Assembly (NCBI RefSeq): GCF_009914755.1
Contig: NC_060933.1
Direction: 5' to 3' (one strand)
Source of the DNA: the human T2T-CHM13v2.0 reference genome, Homo sapiens
Length of the DNA stretch: 64,000 bases
Shown: positions 28,140-40,100 of the stretch, one piece after another
Numbering within the stretch: the first letter of the stretch is position 1
How the letters are laid out: every line of letters begins with the position of its first letter
Notes under the pieces: generated by a model
Databases searched by the model: none
The model's input: the letters and a program-made list of their open reading frames with translations, nothing else
Told to the model about the DNA's origin: nothing
Program-made: the position numbers and the translations under genes

Positions 28140-31100
28140 TGGAACGGAACGGATCGGAATGGAATGGAATGGAATGGAATGGAATGGAATGGAATGGAAT
28201 GGAATGGAATGGAATCAAAGCGAGTGCAGGGGAATGGAATGGAATGGAATGCAATGGAATGGAATCTTCCGGAATGGAATGGAATGGAATGGATTAGAAT
28301 GGAATAGAATGGAATGGAATGGAATCAACCCGAGTACAAGGGAATGGAATGGAATGGAATGCAATGGAATGGAATCATCCGTAATGGAATGGAAAGGAAT
28401 GGAAAGGAATGGAATGGAATGGAATGGAATGCAATGGAATGGAATCAACCCGAGTGCAATCGAATGGAATCGAATGGAATGGAATGCAATGGAATGGAAT
28501 CAACTCGATTGCAATCGAATGGAATGGAATGGAATTAACCCGAATAGAATGGAATGGAATGGAATGGAAAGGAACGGAATGGAATGGAATGGAATGGAAT
28601 GGAATGGAATGGAATGGAACGGAACGGAATGGAATGGAATGGAATGGAATGGAATCAACGCGAGTGCAGGGGAATGGAATGGAATGGAATGCAATGGAAT
28701 GGAATCTTCCGGAATGGAATGGAATGGAATGGAATGAAATGCAATGGATTCAACTCGATTGCAATGGAATGGAATAGAATGGAATGGAATGGAATGGAAT
28801 GGAATGAACCCGAATAGAATGGAATGGAATGCAATGGAACAGAATGGAACGGAATGGAATGGAATGGAATGGAATGGAATGGAATGGAATGGAATGGAAT
28901 GGTATGGAATGGAATGGAATGGTACGGAATAGAATGGAATGTAACGAATTGTAATGGAATGGAATGGAATGGAATCAACGCGAGTGCAGGGGAATGTAAT
29001 GGAACGGAATGCAATGGAATGGATTCATCCGGAAAGGAATGGAATGGAATGGAATGGAATGGAATGGAATGGAATCAACCCGAGTGCAATGGAATGGAGT
29101 GGAATGGAATGGAACAACCCGAAAGGAATGGAATGTAATGGAATGTAAGGGAGTTGAATAGAATCAATCCGAATGTAATGGAATGGAATGCAACGGAATG
29201 GAATGGAATGGAATGCAATGGAATGCAATCAACCCGAGTACAATGGAATGGAATGGAATGGAATGGAATGGAATGGAATGGAATGCCTTCAAACCGAATG
29301 GAATGGAAAGGAATGGAATCAACACGAGTGGAATGGAATGGAATGGAATGGAATGGAATGGAATGGAATGATACAGAATCGAATGGAATGGAACGAAATG
29401 GAATGGAATGGAATGGAATGGAATGGAATGGAATGGAATGGAATGGAATGGAATGGAATCATTCCGAGTGGAATAGGAGGGAATGTATTCGAGTGGAATG
29501 GAAAGGAATGGAATCAACCAGAGTGGAATGGAAGGGAATGGAATGGAATGGAAACTAATAGAATGGAATCAACCCGAGTGGAATGGAATGGAATGGAATG
29601 GAATGGAACGGAACGGAATGGAATGGAATGGAATGGAATAGAACGGAACGGATCGGAATGGAATGGAATGGAATGGAATGGAATGGAATGGAATGGAATC
29701 AACGCGAGTGCAGGGGAATGGAATGGAATGGAATGCAATGGAATGGAATCTTCCGGAATGGAATGGAATGGAATGGATTAGAATGGAATAGAATGGAATG
29801 GAATGGAATCAACCCGAGTACAAGGGAATGGAATGGAATGGAATGCAATGGAATGGAATCATCTGTAATGGAATGGAATGGAACGGAATGGAATTGAATG
29901 GAATGGAATGGAATGCAATGGAATGGAATCAACCCGAGTGCAATGGACTGGAGAGGAATGGAATGGAATGGAGTGGAAACTACCCGAATGGAATGGAATG
30001 CAATGGAATGGAATCAACCCGAGTGCAATGGAATGGAGAGAAATGGAATGGAATGGAGTGGAAACTACCCGAATGGAATGGAATGTAATGGAGTGTAAGG
30101 GAATTGAATAGAATCAATCCGAATGTAATGGAAAGGAATGGAATGGAATGGAATGGAATGGAATGGAATGCAATGGAATGGAATCAACCCGAGTGCAATC
30201 GAATGGAATCGAATGGAATGGAATGCAATGGAATGGAATCAACTCGATTGCAATCGAATGGAATGGAATGGAATTAACCCGAATAGAATGGAATGGAATG
30301 GAATGGAAAGGAACGGAATGGAATGGAATGGAATGGAATGGAATGGAATGGAATGGAACGGAACGGAATGGAATGGAATGGAATGGAATGGAATCAACGC
30401 GAGTGCAGGGGAATGGAATGGAATGGAATGCAATGGAATGGAATCTTCCGGAATGGAATGGAATGGAATGGAATGAAATGCAATGGATTCAACTCGATTG
30501 CAATGGAATGGAATAGAATGGAATGGAATGGAATGGAATGGAATGAACCCGAATAGAATGGAATGGAATGCAATGGAACAGAATGGAACGGAATGGAATG
30601 GAATGGAATGGAATGGAATGGAATGGAATGGTATGGAATGGAATGGAATGGTACGGAATAGAATGGAAAGTAAAGAATTGTAATGGAATGGAATTGAATG
30701 GAATGGAATGGAATCAACGCGAGTGCAGGGGAATGAAATGGAACGGAATGCAATGGAATGGAATCATCCGGAATGGAATGGAATGGAATGGAATGGAATG
30801 GAATGGAATGGAATCAACCCGAGTGCAGTGGAATGGAGTGGAATGGAATAGAATGGAATGGAACAACCCGAAAGGAATGGAATGTAATGGAATGTAAGGG
30901 AATTGAATAGAATCAATCCGAATGTAATGGAATGGAATGCAACGGAATGGAATGGAATGGAATGCAATGGAATGCAATCAACCCGAGTACAATGGAATGG
31001 AATGGAATGGAATGGAATGGAATGGAATGCCTTCAAACCGAATGGAATGGAAAGGAATGGAATCAACACGAGTGGAATGGAATGGAATGGAATGGAATGG

Positions 31101-31330
31101 AATGGAATGGAATGACACAGAATAGAATGGAATGGAACGAAATGGAATGGAATGGAATGGAATGGAATGGAATGGAATGGAATGGAATGGAATCGTTCCG
31201 AGTGGAATAGGAGGGAATGTATTCGAGTGGAATGGAAAGGAATGGAATCAACCAGAGTGGAATGGAAGGGAATGGAATGGAATGGAAACTAATAGAATGG
31301 AATCAACCCGAGTGGAATGGAATGGAAAGG
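28140..31330 (+). repeat. Tandem duplication of about 1.5-1.75 kb within the satellite
   Basis: Shared private variants at paired positions: GGATTAGAAT...CGAGTACAAGGG (~28291/~29775), GAACCCGAATAG (~28806/~30545), CCCGAAAGG...GAATGTAAGGG (~29118/~30867). The ORF track shows offsets of 1739-1749. Confidence 0.8.
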
Positions 31331-31419
31331 ACTGGAATGGAATGGAATGGAATGGAATCAACTCGATTGTAATGGAATGGAATGGAATGGAATGGAATGG
31401 AATGGAATGGAATTAACCC

Positions 31420-32090
31420 GAATACAATGGAATGGAATGGAATGGAACGGAATGGAGTGAAATGGAATGGAATCAACCCGAGTGCAGGGGAATGGAATGG
31501 AATGGAATGCAATGGAATGGAATCATCCGGAATGGAATGGAATGGAATGGAATGCAAAGCAATGGAATCAACTCGATTGCAATGGAATGGAATGGAATGG
31601 AAAGGAATACATTGGAATCAACCCGAGTGGAAAGGAATGGAAAGGACTGGAATGGAGTGGAATGGAATGGAATGGAATGGAATGGAATGGAATCAACTCG
31701 ATTGGAATGGAATGGAATGGAATGGAATGGTATGGAATGGAATGGAATTAACCCGAATACAATGGAATGGAATGGAATGGAACGGAATGGAGTGGAATGG
31801 AATGGAATCAACCCGAGTGCAGGGGAATGGAATGGAATGGAATGCAATGGAATGGAATCATCCGGAATGGAATGGAATGGAATGGAATGCAAAGCAATGG
31901 AATCAACTCGATTGCAATGGAATGGAATGGAATGGAAAGGAATACATTGGAATCAACCCGAGTGGAAAGGAATGGAAAGGACTGGAATGGAGTGGAATGG
32001 AATGGAATGGAATGGAATGGAATCAACTCGATTGGAATGGAATGTAATGGAATGGAATGGAATGGAATGGAATGGAATGGAATTAACCCG
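31420..32090 (+). repeat. 335-bp tandem duplication
   Basis: Private variant GAGTGGAAAGGAATGGAAAGGACT at ~31625 and ~31960. ORFs starting at 31432 and 31767 are offset by 335. Confidence 0.85.
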
Positions 32091-32937
32091 AATAGAATGG
32101 AATCGAATGGAATGGAACGGAACGGAACAGAATGGAATGGAATGGAATGGAATGGAATGGAATTAACCCGAATAGAATGGAATGGAATGGAATGGAACGG
32201 AACGGAACGGAATGGAATGGAATGGAATGGAATAGAATGGAATGGAATGGAATCAACCCGACTGCAGGGGAATTGAATGGAATGGAATGCAATGGAATGG
32301 ATTCAACTTGAATGGAATGGAAAGAATGGAATCAACACGAGTGGAATGGCATGGATTGGAATGGAATGGAGTGGAATGACCCCGAGTACAGGGGAATGGA
32401 ATGGAATGGAATGCAATGGAATGGAATCATCCGTAATGGAATGGAAAGGAATGGAATGGAATGGAATGGAATGGAATGGAATGGAATGGAATGGAATCAA
32501 CTCGATTGCAATCGAATGGAATGGAATGGAATTAACCCGAATAGAATTCAATGGAATGGAATGGAACGGAACGGAACGGAATCGAATGGAATGGAATGGA
32601 ATGGAATGGAATGCAACGGAAAGGAATGGAATGCAATGGAATGGAATGGAATGGAATGGAATGGAATGGAATGGAATGGAATCAACGCGAGTGCAGGGGA
32701 ATGGAATGGAATGGAATGCAATGGAATGGAATCTTCCGGAATGGAATGGAATGGAATGGAATGGAATGGAATCAACCCGAGTGCAATGGAATGGAGTGGA
32801 ATGGAATGGAATGGAATGGAACAACCTGAATGGAATCGAATGTAATGGAGAATAAGGGAGTTGAATAGAATCAATCCGAATGTAATGGAATGGAATGGAA
32901 CGGAATGGAATGGAATGGAATGGAATGGAAAGAAGGG

Positions 32938-32965
32938 AATGGAATCAACCCGAGTTGATTCCATT
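32938..32965. other. Intra-satellite inversion breakpoint (strand switch) with 5-bp microhomology and a 12-bp inverted repeat
   Basis: Sequence AATGGAATCAAC-CCGA-GTTGATTCCATT, with arms at 32938-32949 and 32954-32965. CGAGT (32951-32955) is shared by the left motif CAACC-CGAGT and the right motif (GCAAT)CGAGT-TGATTCC. Confidence 0.93.
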
Positions 32966-34155
32966 GCTTTGCATTCCGTTCCATTCCATTCCTTTTGTTT
33001 GTATTCGGGTTAGTTCCATTGCATTCCATTCCATTCCTTTCCATTCCATTCCATTCCATTACAATGGAGTTGATTCCATTCCATTCCATTCCATTCCATT
33101 CCATTCCAGTCCTTTCCATTCCATTCCACTCGGGTTCATTCCATTGTATTAGTTTCCATTCCATTCCATTCCCTTCCATTGCACTCTGGTTGATTCCATT
33201 CCTTTCCATTTCACTCGAATACATTCCCTCCTATTCCACTCGGAACGATTCCATTCCATTCCATTCCATTCCAATCCATTCCATTCCATTCCATTCCATT
33301 CCATTTCGTTCCATTCCATTCTATTCCGTACCATTCCATTCCATTCCATTCCATTGCATTCCATTCCATTCCACTCGTGTTGATTCCATTCCTTTCCATT
33401 CCATTCGGTTTGAAGCCATTCCATCCCATTCAATTCCATTCCATTCCTTTCCATTCCATTTCGGATGATGCCATTCCGTTGCTTTCCATTCCATTCCATT
33501 CCCCTGTAATCAGGTTTATTCCATTCCATTCCATTGCAATCCATGCCATTCCACTTGTGTTGATTCCATTCTTTCCATTCCATTCAAGTTGAATCCATTC
33601 CATTGCATTCCATTCCATTCGATTCCATTCGATTGCACTCGGGTTGATTCCATTCCATTCCATTCCATTCCATTCCATTCCATTCCGTTCCATTCCATTC
33701 CATTACATTCGGATTGATTCTTTTTAACTCCCTTACTCTCCATTACATTCCATTCCATTCGGGTTCTTCCATTCCATTCCATTCCATTCCACTCCATTCC
33801 ATTGCACTCGGGTTGATTCCATTCCATTGCATTCCATTCCATTCCATTCCATTCCATTCCATTCCGGATGATTCCATTCCATTGCATTCCGCTCTATTAC
33901 ATTCCCCTGCAATCGGGTTGATTCCATTCCATTCCATTCCATTCCATTCGATTCCATTCCATTCCAATTCGTTCCATTCCATTCTATTCCGTACCATTCC
34001 ATTCCATTCCATAGCATTCCATTCCATTCCATTCCATTCCATTCCTTTCCATTCCGTTCTATTCCGTTCCATTCCATTCCATTCCGTTCCATTCTATTAG
34101 GGTTAATTCCATTCCATTCCATTCCATTCCATTCTATTCCATTCCATTCCATTCC

Positions 34156-34170
34156 ATTCCGGAAGATTCC
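34156..34170 (-). promoter_or_regulatory. Perfect heat shock element, representative of about 20 right-arm copies
   Basis: ATTCCGGAAGATTCC, the reverse complement of GGAATCTTCCGGAAT. Other copies near 38083, 40300, 41099, 42242, 43016, 45006, 45859, 48505, 50151, 51004, 55274, 56872, 57186, 57776, 59509 and 61926. Confidence 0.65.
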
Positions 34171-37100
34171 ATTCCATTGCATTCCATTCCATTCCATTCC
34201 ATTCCATTCCCCTGCACTCGCGTTGATTCATTTCCATTCCATTCCATTCCATGCCATTCCATTCCGTTCCGTTCCGTTCCATTCCATTCCATTCCATTCC
34301 ATTCCGTTCCGTTCCATTCCATTCCATTCCATTCTATTCGGGTTAATTCCATTCCATTCCATTCGATTGCAATCGAGTTCATTCCATTCCATTCCATTCC
34401 ATTCCTTTCCATTCCATTACTGATGATTCCATTCCATTGCATTCCATTCCATTCCATTCTCCTGTACTCGGGTTGATTCCATTCCATTCCATTCCATTCC
34501 ATGCGATTCCACTCGTGTTGATTCCATTCTTTCCATTCCATTCAAGTTGAATCCATTCCATTGCATTCCATTCCATTCGATTCCATTCGATTGCACTCGG
34601 GTTGATTCCATTACATTGCATTCCATTCCATTCCATTCCATTCCATTCCATTGTACTCGGGTTGATTCCATTCCATTGCATTCCATTCCATTCCATTCCG
34701 TTCCATTCCATTCCATTACATTCGGGTTGATTCTATTCAACTCCCTTACTCTCCATTACATTCCATTCCATTCGTGCTGTTCCATTCCATTCCATTCCAT
34801 TCCACTCCATTGCATTGCACTCGGGTTGATTCCATTCCATTCCATTCCATTCCATTCCATTCCGGATGATTCCATTCCATTGCATTCCGTTCCATTACAT
34901 TCGCCTGCAATCGGGTTGATTCCATTCCATTCCATTCCATTCCATATCATTCCATTCGATTCCATTCCATTCCAATTCTTTCCATTCCATTCTATTCCGT
35001 ACCATTCCATTCCATTCCATACAATTCCATTCCATTCCATTCCATTCCACTCCATTCCATTCCGTTCCGTTCCGTTCCGTTCCGTTCCATTCCATTCCAT
35101 TCCATTCTATTCGGGTTAATTCCATTCAATTCCATTCCATTCTATTCCACTCCATTGCAATCGAGTTGAATCCATTGCATTCCATTCCATTCCATTCCAA
35201 TCCATTCTGGAAGATTCCATTCCATTGCATTCCATTCCATTCCATTCCCCTGCACTCGCGTTGAATCCATTCCATTCCATTCCATTCCATTCCATTCCAT
35301 TCCTTTCCGTTCCATTGCATTCCATTCCATTCCATTCCCTTCCATTCCGTTCTGTTCCATTCCATTCCATTCCATTCTATTGGGGTTAATTCCATTCCAT
35401 TCCATTCGATTACAATCGAGTTGATTCCATTCCATTCCATTCCATTCCATTCCATTCCATTCCATTCCATTCCATTCCTTTGCATTCCATTACGGATGAT
35501 TCCATTCCATTGCATTCCATTCCATTCCATTCCCCTGTACTCGGGTTGACTCCATTCCATTCCATTCCAATCCATGCCATTCCACTCGTGTTGATTCCAT
35601 TCTTTCCATTCAATTCAAGTTGAATCCATTCCATTGCATTCCATTCCATTCGATTCCATTCGATTTCACTCGGGTTTATTCCATTCCATTGCATTCCATT
35701 CCATTCCATTCCATTCCATTCCGTTCCATTCCATTTCATTACATTCAGATTGATTCTATTCAATTCCCTTACACTCCATTATATTCCAATCCATTCTGGT
35801 TGTTTCCATTCCATTCCATTCCATTTCATTCGTGTTGATTCCATTCCTTTCCATTCCATTCGGTTTGAAGCCATTCCATTCCATTCAATTCCACTCCATT
35901 CCATTCCATTCCATTCCATTCCATTCCATTCCATTCCATTCCATTCCATTGTACTCGGGTTGATTCCATTCCATTGCATTCCATTCCATTCAATTCCATT
36001 CCGTTCCATTCCATTCCATTACATTCGGATTGATTCTATTCAACTCCCTTACTCTCCATTACATTCCATTCCATTCGGGTTGTTCCATTCCATTCCATTC
36101 CATTCCACTCCATTCCATTGCACTCGGGTTGATTCCATTCCATTCCATTCCATTCCATTCCGGATGATTCCATTCCATTGCATTCCGTTCCATTACATTC
36201 CCCTGCACTCGCGTTGATTCCATTCCATTCCATTCCATTCCATACCATTCCATTCCATTCCATTCCATTCCATTCCATTCCATTCCATTACTTTCCATTC
36301 CATTCCATTCCATTCCGTTCCGTTCCGTTCCATTCTATTCCATTCCATTCTATTCGGGTTAATTCCATTCCATTCCATTCCACTCCATTCCAGTCCTTTC
36401 CACTCCATTCCACTCGGGTTGATTCCATTCTATTCCTTTTAATTCCATTCCATTCCATTGCAATCGAGTGGATTCCATTCGAGTTGAATCCATTCCATTC
36501 CATTCCATTCCATTCCATTGCACACGGTTTCATTCCATTCCATTCCATTCCATTCCATTCCATTCCATTCCATTCCATTCCATTCTATTCCATTTCATTC
36601 CATTCCATTCTATTCCGTACCATTCCATTCCATCCCATTCCATTCCGTTCCATTCCATGCCATTCCACTCGGGTTTATTCCATTCCTTTCCATTCCATTC
36701 TTGTTGAATCCATTCCATTCCATTCCATTCCATTCCATTCGAATCCATTCCATTGCACTCGGGTTGATTCCATTCCATTCCATTCCATTCCATTTCATTC
36801 CATTCCATTCCATTACATTCGGATTGATTCTATTCAATTCCCTTACACTCCATTACATTCCATTCCATTCGGGATGTTTCCATTCCATTCCATTCCATTC
36901 CACTCCATTCCATTGCATCAGGTTGATTGCATTCCATTCCTTTCCATTCCATTCCGGATGATTCCATTCCATTGCATTCCATTCCATTCCATTCCCCAGC
37001 ACTCGAATTGATTCCATTCCATTCCATTCCATTCCATTCCATTCCATTCCATTCCGTTCCATTCCATTCCATTCCATTCTATTCCGGTTAATTCCATTCC

Positions 37101-40100
37101 ATTCCATTCGATTCCATTCCATTCCATTGCAATCGAGTTGATTCCATTCCATTCCATTCCATTCCGTTCCGGATGATTCCATTCCATTCCATTCCATTCC
37201 ATTCCATTCCATTCCCCTGCAGTCGGGTTGATTCCATTCCATTCCATTCCATTCCATTCCATTCCATTGCCTTCCATTCCGTTCAATTACATTCCATTCC
37301 ATTCTATTCGGGTTAATTCCATTCCGTTCCATTCCATTCCATTCCATTCGGATTGATTCTATTCAACTCCCTTACTCTCCATTAGATTCCATTCCATTCG
37401 GGTTGTTCCATTCCATTCCATTCCATTCCACTCCATTCCTTTGGACTCGGGTTGATTCCATTCCATTCCATTCCATTCCATTCCATTCCATTCCGGAAGA
37501 TTGCATTCCATTGCATTCCATTCCATTCCATTCCCCTGCACTCGCGTTGATTCCATTCTATTCCATTCTATTCCATTCCATTCCCTTCCTTTCCGTTCCA
37601 TTCCATTCCATTCCATTCCATTCCGTTCCGTTCCGTTCCCCTGCAGTCGGGTTGATTCCATTCCATTCCATTCCATTCCATTCCATTCCTTTCCATTCCA
37701 TTACGGATGATTCCATTCCATTGCATTCCATTCCATTCCATTCCCCTGTACTCGGGTTGATTCCATTCCATTCCATTCCAATCCATGCCCTTCCACTCGT
37801 GTTGATTCCATTCTTTCCATTCCATTCTAGTTGAATCCATTCCGTTGCATTCCATTCCATTCGATTCCATTCGATTGCACTCGGGTTGATTCCATTCCAT
37901 TGCATTCCATTCCATTCCATTCAATTCAATTCCGTTCCATTCCATTCCATTACATTCGGATTGATTCTATTCAACTCCCTTACTCTCCATTACATTCCAT
38001 TCCATTCGGGTTGTTCCATTCCATTCCATTCCATTCCACTCCATTCCATTGCACTCGGGTTGATTCCATTACATTCCATTCCATTCCGGAAGATTCCATT
38101 CCATTGCATTCCATTACATTCCATTCCCCTGCACTCGCGTTGATTCCATTCCATTCCATTCCATTCCATTCCATTCCATTCCGTTCCGTTCCATTCCATT
38201 CCATTCCATTCTATTCGGGTTAATTCCATTCCATTCCATTCGATTGCCATCGAGTTGATTCCATTCCATTCCATTCCATTCCATTCCATTCCATTCCATT
38301 CTATTCCATTCCATTGCAATCGAGTTGAATCCATTGCCTTTCATTCCATTCCATTCCATTCCATTCCATTCTGGAAGATTCCATTCCATTCCATTCCATT
38401 CCATTCCATTCCCCTGCACTCGCGTTGATTCCATTCCATTCCATTCCATTCCATTCCGTTCCGTTCCATACCATTCCATTCCATTCCATTCCATTCCGTT
38501 CCGTTCAATTCCATTCCATTCCATTCTATTCGGGTTAATTGCATTCCATTCCATTCGATTGCCATCGAGTTGATTCCATTCCATTCCATTCCATTCCATT
38601 CCATTCCATTCCATTCCATTCCATTGCAATGGAGTTGATTCCATTCCATTCCATTCCATTCCGGATGATTCCATTCCATTGCATTCCATTCCATTCCATT
38701 CCCCTGCACTCGTGTTGATTCCATTCCCTTCCATTCCATTCCATTCCGTTCCATTCCATTCCATTCCATTCTATTCCGGTTTATTCCATTCCATTCCATT
38801 CCATTCCATTCCATTCCATTGCAATCGAGTTGATTCCATTCCATTCCTTTCCACTCCATTGCATTGCCTTGCATTCCACTCGGGTTGATTCCATTCCCTT
38901 CTTTCCACTCCATTACATTCCCTTCCATTCCACTCGGAATGATTGATTCCATTCCATTCCATTCCATTTCATTCCATTGCAATCCATTCCTATCCATTCC
39001 ATTCCATTCCATTCCACTCGAGTTGACTTCATTCCATTCCTTTCCATTCCATTCCATTCCTTTCCACTCGAGTTGATTCCATTCCATTCCAATCCATTGC
39101 AATCCATTCCATGCCAATCCACTCGGGTTGATTCCATTCCTTTGCATTCCATTCCATTCCATTCCATTGCATTCCATTCCATTCCATTCCGTTGCATTCC
39201 ATTCCATTACATTCGGATTGATTCTATTCAACTCCCTTACCCTCTATTACATTCCATTCCATTCGGGTTGTTCCATTCCATTCCATTCCATTCCACTCCA
39301 TTCCATTGCACTCGGGTTGATTCCATTCCATTCCATTCCATTCCATTCCATTCCGTATGACTCCATTCCATTGCATTCCGACCCATTACATTCCCCTGCA
39401 CTCGGGTTGATACCATTCCATTCCATTCCATTCCATTCCATTCCATTCCATTCCGGATGATTCCATTCCATTGCATTCCGTTCCATTCCATTCCCCTGCA
39501 CTCGGGTTGATTACATTCCATTTCTTTCCCTTCCATTCCTTTCCATTCCATTCCATTCCATTCTATTCGGGTGAATTCCATTCCATTCCATTCCATTCCA
39601 TTCCATTCCATTCCATTAAATTCCATTGCAATCGAGTTGATTCCATTCCATTCCATTCCATTCCGTTCCGGATGATTCCATTCCATTCCATTCCATTCCA
39701 TTCCATTCCATTCCATTCCCCTGCACTCGGGTTGATTCCATTCCATTCCATTCCATTCCATTCCATTCCATTACATTCCATTCCATTCCATTCCATTCCA
39801 TTACATTCCATTCCATTCCTTTCCATTCCATTACGAATGACTCCATTCCATTGAATTCCATTCCATTCCATTCCCCTGTCCTCGGGTTGATTCCATTCCA
39901 TTCCATTCCACTCCATTCGGTTCCGTTGCATTCCATTCTATTGCATTCCATTCTATTCGGGTTAATTCCATTCCATTCTATTCCATTCAATTCCATTCCA
40001 TTCCATTGCAATGGAGTTGATTCCATTCCATTCCATTCCATTCCGGATGATTCCATTCCATTGCATTCCATTCCATTCCATTCCCCTGCACTCGCGTTGA

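Larger units (their letters stand above)
1..32955 (+). repeat. Satellite III (HSat3) array, GGAAT on the + strand (left arm; continues beyond the window start)
   Basis: Continuous (GGAAT)n interspersed with CAACCCGAGT/CAACCCGAAT and variants (CAACTCGATT, CAACGCGAGT, CAACACGAGT, TAACCCGAAT). A pentamer plus an interspersed 10-bp A(T/C)TCGGGTTG motif is the classical definition of human satellite 3. Long pure pentamer runs argue against HSat2. Confidence 0.97.

Noticed and set aside
32900-33010. Transposon insertion, recombinase site or adapter at the junction
   Set aside because: Every base on both sides is assignable to satellite modules. No target-site duplication or foreign sequence is present.
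32548-33224. ORFs crossing the junction that give chimeric MEWNG/IPFHS peptides (32895-33152 +, 32871-33224 -, 32548-32964 -)
   Set aside because: A trivial consequence of the strand switch. Useful only as a marker of the junction.
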